Below are positions 58,836 to 64,000 of a stretch of 64,000 nucleotides of DNA, piece by piece. A program made the position numbers and the translations under genes. Every line of letters starts with the position of its first letter. Position 1 is the first letter of the stretch. This DNA comes from the human T2T-CHM13v2.0 reference genome, Homo sapiens. The DNA lies in the NCBI GenBank assembly GCA_009914755.4, contig CP086569.2:40672001-40736000 (forward strand), in the 5' to 3' direction. The notes below the pieces were generated by a model. That model was not told where the DNA came from. It saw nothing but the letters and a program-made list of their open reading frames with translations, and did no database searches.

Positions 58836-61255
58836 ACATTATGTATATAATAATATACAGTATCATATATATAATATATATAACCTATGTATAATATTGT
58901 TTTACATCCTGCATCTTATGTTATATATATTGTATAAAATATAATAATTGATAATATATAAGTTTTATAATTATACAATATGACATATAGTATATATTAT
59001 AATTTATGACATATATAATATATGTTATATATCATATATAGAATATATTATACGGTTAATATACGTATTAAATATAAATTATACATTATATATATTATAT
59101 ATAATATATCTGTTATATATAATACCCATTATGCATAATATATATATTATGTCTATGTTATATATAGTATAAAACAACATATAATAATATATAATTGTAT
59201 ATATAAAATGCGACATATAATATATATTATATTTTATAACATATGTAATATATATTATATATTATATATAATACGTTGTATGTATAATACCTATATAAAA
59301 TATATATTATATGACTATGTTATTAATTACATGTCACATGTGTTATATATTATATATTTTACATAGAATATACCGGTTACATACAATATATACTATGTTA
59401 CCTATAATGTATAATTTATTACATGTAAAATAAAGAATGCAATATATTATGTATAATTTATAATATACCATATGTGGAATGTGATATATATAACATATAA
59501 TATATGATATATGATGTACAGTATATGATATATAACATACAATATATGATTCCTAATATATATGGTATACAATATATATTTTATGATATGTATTCTATAT
59601 GTTTTATATTCTGTTATATATAACTATTTGAAATTATATATAACTGTATAATATTTTATGTAAATATGTAATATAATATATATAACTATATAATATATTA
59701 TATATAACTATATATTATGTTATATATACTTTTATAACATAATTTACATAAAATATCATAATATAATATATATTATATTATTTCATATTACATAATATAT
59801 ATTACATATCACCCAATAAAACTAACATACATAATATTATAATATACATTATATTATGTTATATTAAATATCATATATATCATGTATCATATATTCTATA
59901 ATATATATTACACATTATATAATATGCATGTTGTCTATTATGTGATATATATAACTATATATATAATTATATTTTTATACATATAACTAGATAAACATGT
60001 AATTCTACATATTTTCATTTATAATATGTAGAATTATATAATCATATATAATTATTTATATTCTATAAAAAATTTTATCACTATATAAATTATAATATAT
60101 AAAAATTATAATATGTACTACAAATATATATATTATATATCATATATGATATAGTACCTTTGTTATATATCATAATACATATAAATGTGTATTATGTTAT
60201 CTATAATTATATAATTTCATATATAAGATGTATAATATGTATCATATATTATATATGTTATGTAATATATATAGTATATATAAGATGACACAGGATAAAT
60301 ATTATATACTATGACATATAAAATATATGAGGTTATATGTTACATATAAGGCATAGCACATAACATGTAATATGTATCATATATAATTTTTTTTAAGACA
60401 GAATCTTGTCCTGTTGCACAGGGTGGGGTACAATGGCGCCATCTTTGCTCACTGCAACTTCTGCCTCACGGGTCCAAGCGATTGTCTTCCCTCAGCCTCC
60501 CAGGTAGCTGGGACTACACCACACTGGGACTACACCAGCTGCCACCATGCCTAGCTAATTTTTTGGATTTTTAGTAGTGACAGCGTTTCACTGTATTGGC
60601 CAGGATGGTCTTGATCTCTTCACCTTGTGATCCCCTTGCCTTGGCCTCCAAATTTGCTGGGATTACAGGCCTGAGCCAAGATCCATATTTTTTAAATGAA
60701 AAAAAATTTCAAAGGTACTCTGCTTGGTACAATAATCAAATGTATAAACTGAGGAATAAAACATAACCATGAAACCTACTTATAACTGCATATGGAAAAT
60801 ACAGAGGATAATTTTTTAAATAACATATTTTGAAAGCCTTAACTAGTAATTTGAAGAGTTGGCATTTGAAAGGCCAGTATGAATATACCTTCAAAGCAGC
60901 AACACAGGTTCCCCATGAGAAAAAGCAAACACAGGGAAAATAAAAACACAAAGGTTCAATCTCTTCTGACCTTTGAAAGACACAGCACAGACAGTGGTCC
61001 TTAGGACGAAGAGCAGGAGACCCCTAATTCCGTCACCATGGCGATACGGCATAAACATTGCTGGGTGAGGGCACAATCCACATTGTGAGGTCCAACTGCT
61101 GCCAGGAAGACAGGAGTGCTTTTACATAGACCGAAAGGTCATTGAAGGCTCAGAGTTTTGTTTCAAGAACTGAATCCCAAGCCCACACGTTATTAGGCTG
61201 CGCTTCTTAAAACAAGTTATGAGATGGGAAAAAGGGCACCCACAAACATACGTAT
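58836..61255. repeat. DYZ2: DYZ2-type unit 20 (2420 bp)
   Basis: Distal subfamily. Confidence 0.8.
60387..60685 (-). mobile_element. ancient Alu copy in DYZ2 unit 20
   Basis: Same Alu at the same unit position. The T-run is followed by a private aagaca variant. Confidence 0.95.
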
Positions 61256-63673
61256 ACATTATGTATATAATAATATACAGTATTATATATATAATATATA
61301 TAACCTATGTATAATATTGTTTTACATCCTGCATCTTATGTTATATATATTGTATAAAATATAATAATTGATAATATATAAGTTTTATAATTATACAATA
61401 TGACATATAGTATATATTATAATTTATGACATATATAATATATGTTATATATCATATATAGAATATATTATACGGTTAATATACGTATTAAATATAAATT
61501 ATACATTATATATATTATATATAATATATCTGTTATATATAATACCCATTATGCATAATATATATATTATGTCTATGTTATATATAGTATTAAACAACAT
61601 ATAATAATATATAATTGTATATATAAAATGCGACATATAATATATATTATATTTTATAACATATGTAATATATATTATATATTATATATAATACGTTGTA
61701 TGTATAATACCTATATTAAATATATATTATATGACTATGTTATTAATTACATGTCACATGTGTTATATATTATATATTTTACATAGAATATACCGGTTAC
61801 ATACAATATATACTATGTTACCTATAATGTATAATTTATTACATGTAAAATAAAGAATGCAATATATTATGTATAATTTATAATATACCATATGTGGAAT
61901 GTGATATATATAACATATAATATATGATATATGATGTACAGTATATGATATATAACATACAATATATGATTCCTAATATATATGGTATACAATATATATT
62001 TTATGATATGTATTCTATATGTTTTATATTCTGTTATATATAACTATTTGAAATTATATATAACAGTATAATATTTTATGTAAATATGTAATATAATATA
62101 TATAACTATATAATATATTATATATAACTATATATTATGTTATATATACTTTTATAACATAATTTACATAAAATATCATAATATAATATATATTATATTA
62201 TTTCATATTACATAATATATATTACATATCACCCAATATAACTAACATACAAAATATTATAATATACATTATATTATGTTATATTAAATATCATATATAT
62301 CATGTATCATATATTCTATAATATATATTACACATTATATAATATGCATGTTGTCTATTATGTGATATATATAACTATATATATAATTATATTTTTATAC
62401 ATATAACTAGATAAACATGTAATTCTACATATTTTCATTTATAATATGTAGAATTATATAATCATATATAATTATTTATATTCTATAAAAAATTTTATCA
62501 TTATATAAATTATAATATATAAAAATTATAATATGTACTACAAATATATATATTATATATCATATGATATAGTACCTTTGTTATATATCATAATACATAT
62601 AAATGTGTATTATGTTATCTATAATTATATAATTTCATATATAAGATGTATAATATGTATCATATATTATATATGTTATGTAATATATATAGTATATATA
62701 AGATGACACAGGATAAATATTATATACTATGACATATAAAATATATGAGGTTATATGTTACATATAAGGCATAGCACATAACATGTAATATGTATCATAT
62801 ATAATTTTTTTTTAGACAGAATCTTGTCCTGTTGCACAGGGTGGGGTACAATGGCGCCATCTTTGCTCACTGCAACTTCTGCCTCACGGGTCCAAGCGAT
62901 TGTCTTCTCTCAGCCTCCCAGGTAGCTGGGACTACACCACACTGGGACTACACCAGCTGCCACCATGCCTAGCTAATTTTTTGGATTTTTAGTAGTGACA
63001 GCGTTTCACTGTATTGGCCAGGATGGTCTTGATCTCTTCACCTTGTGATCCCCTTGCCTTGGCCTCCAAATTTGCTGGGATTACAGGCCTGAGCCAAGAT
63101 CCATATTTTTTAAATGAAAAAAAATTTCAAAGGTACTCTGCTTGGTACAATAATCAAATGTATAAACTGAGGAATAAAACATAACCATGAAACCTACTTA
63201 TAACTGCATATGGAAAATACAGAGGATAATTTTTTAAATAACATATTTTGAAAGCCTTAACTAGTAATTTGAAGAGTTGGCATTTGAAAGGCCAGTATGA
63301 ATATACCTTCAAAGCAGCAACACAGGTTCCCCATGAGAAAAAGCAAACACAGGGAAAATAAAAACACAAAGGTTCAATCTCTTCTGACCTTTGAAAGACA
63401 CAGCACAGACAGTGGTCCTTAGGACGAAGAGCAGGAGACCCCTAATTCCGTCACCATGGCGATACGGCATAAACATTGCTGGGTGAGGGCACAATCCACA
63501 TTGTGAGGTCCAACTGCTGCCAGGAAGACAGGAGTGCTTTTACATAGACCGAAAGGTCATTGAAGGCTCAGAGTTTTGTTTCAAGAACTGAATCCCAAGC
63601 CCACACGTTATTAGGCTGCGCTTCTTAAAACAAGTTATGAGATGGGAAAAAGGGCACCCACAAACATACGTAT
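61256..63673. repeat. DYZ2: DYZ2-type unit 21 (2418 bp)
   Basis: Distal subfamily. Confidence 0.8.
62805..63103 (-). mobile_element. ancient Alu copy in DYZ2 unit 21
   Basis: Same Alu at the same unit position. Confidence 0.95.
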
Positions 63674-64000
63674 ACATTATGTATATAATAATATACAGTA
63701 TCATATATATAATATATATAACCTATGTATAATATTGTTTTACATCCTGCATCTTATGTTATATATATTGTATAAAATATAATAATTGATAATATATAAG
63801 TTTTATAAGTATACAATATGACATATAGTATATATTATAATTTATGACATATATAATATATGTTATATATCATATATAGAATATATTATACGGTTAATAT
63901 ACGTATTAAATATAAATTATACATTATATATATTATATATAATATATCTGTTATATATAATACCCATTATGCATAATATATATATTATGTCTATGTTATA
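63674..64000. repeat. DYZ2: DYZ2-type unit 22 (partial, runs off window)
   Basis: The AT-rich segment begins again after cacaaacatacgtat. Confidence 0.8.

Overview
This window is not prokaryotic and carries no credible protein-coding gene, RNA gene, CRISPR array, operon or defence system. It is primate, almost certainly human, constitutive heterochromatin, read directly from the sequence. Bases 1-14,700 are a Satellite III / HSat3 (GGAAT)n array organised into a ~3.55-kb higher-order repeat (4 full copies plus 1 partial, one HaeIII GGCC site per copy). That is the signature of the Y-chromosome DYZ1 repeat. Bases 14,701-64,000 are 21 full or near-full copies, plus one partial, of a ~2.42-kb composite tandem unit. 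Each unit has a ~1.56-kb segment of >85% AT, a ~300-bp antisense, CpG-decayed Alu, and a ~570-bp mixed-composition segment. That is the signature of DYZ2 (HSat1-type), which alternates with DYZ1 in Yq12. Both arrays run off the window ends. Every ORF in the supplied six-frame track is a frame artefact of periodic or low-complexity DNA, and several of them start at TTG rather than ATG. The points worth a second look are structural rather than genic. (1) The DYZ1 to DYZ2 junction is abrupt at 14,699-14,701, breaks DYZ1 mid-HOR, and is followed by a truncated, unusually diverged first DYZ2 unit. (2) The DYZ2 array has clear subfamily structure, including a 4,836-bp two-unit higher-order duplication at 25,979-35,650 and a very homogeneous distal block from 40,489 to 64,000. 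(3) One DYZ2 unit (50,165-51,575) carries a ~1-kb deletion whose junction is a perfect 15-bp-arm palindrome with a templated inverted insertion, a fold-back / template-switch repair scar. (4) HOR length varies through slippage in a pure (GGAAT)n tract inside DYZ1. I see no undescribed biological system here, only repeat-array dynamics of a region (Yq12) that has only recently been assembled end to end.
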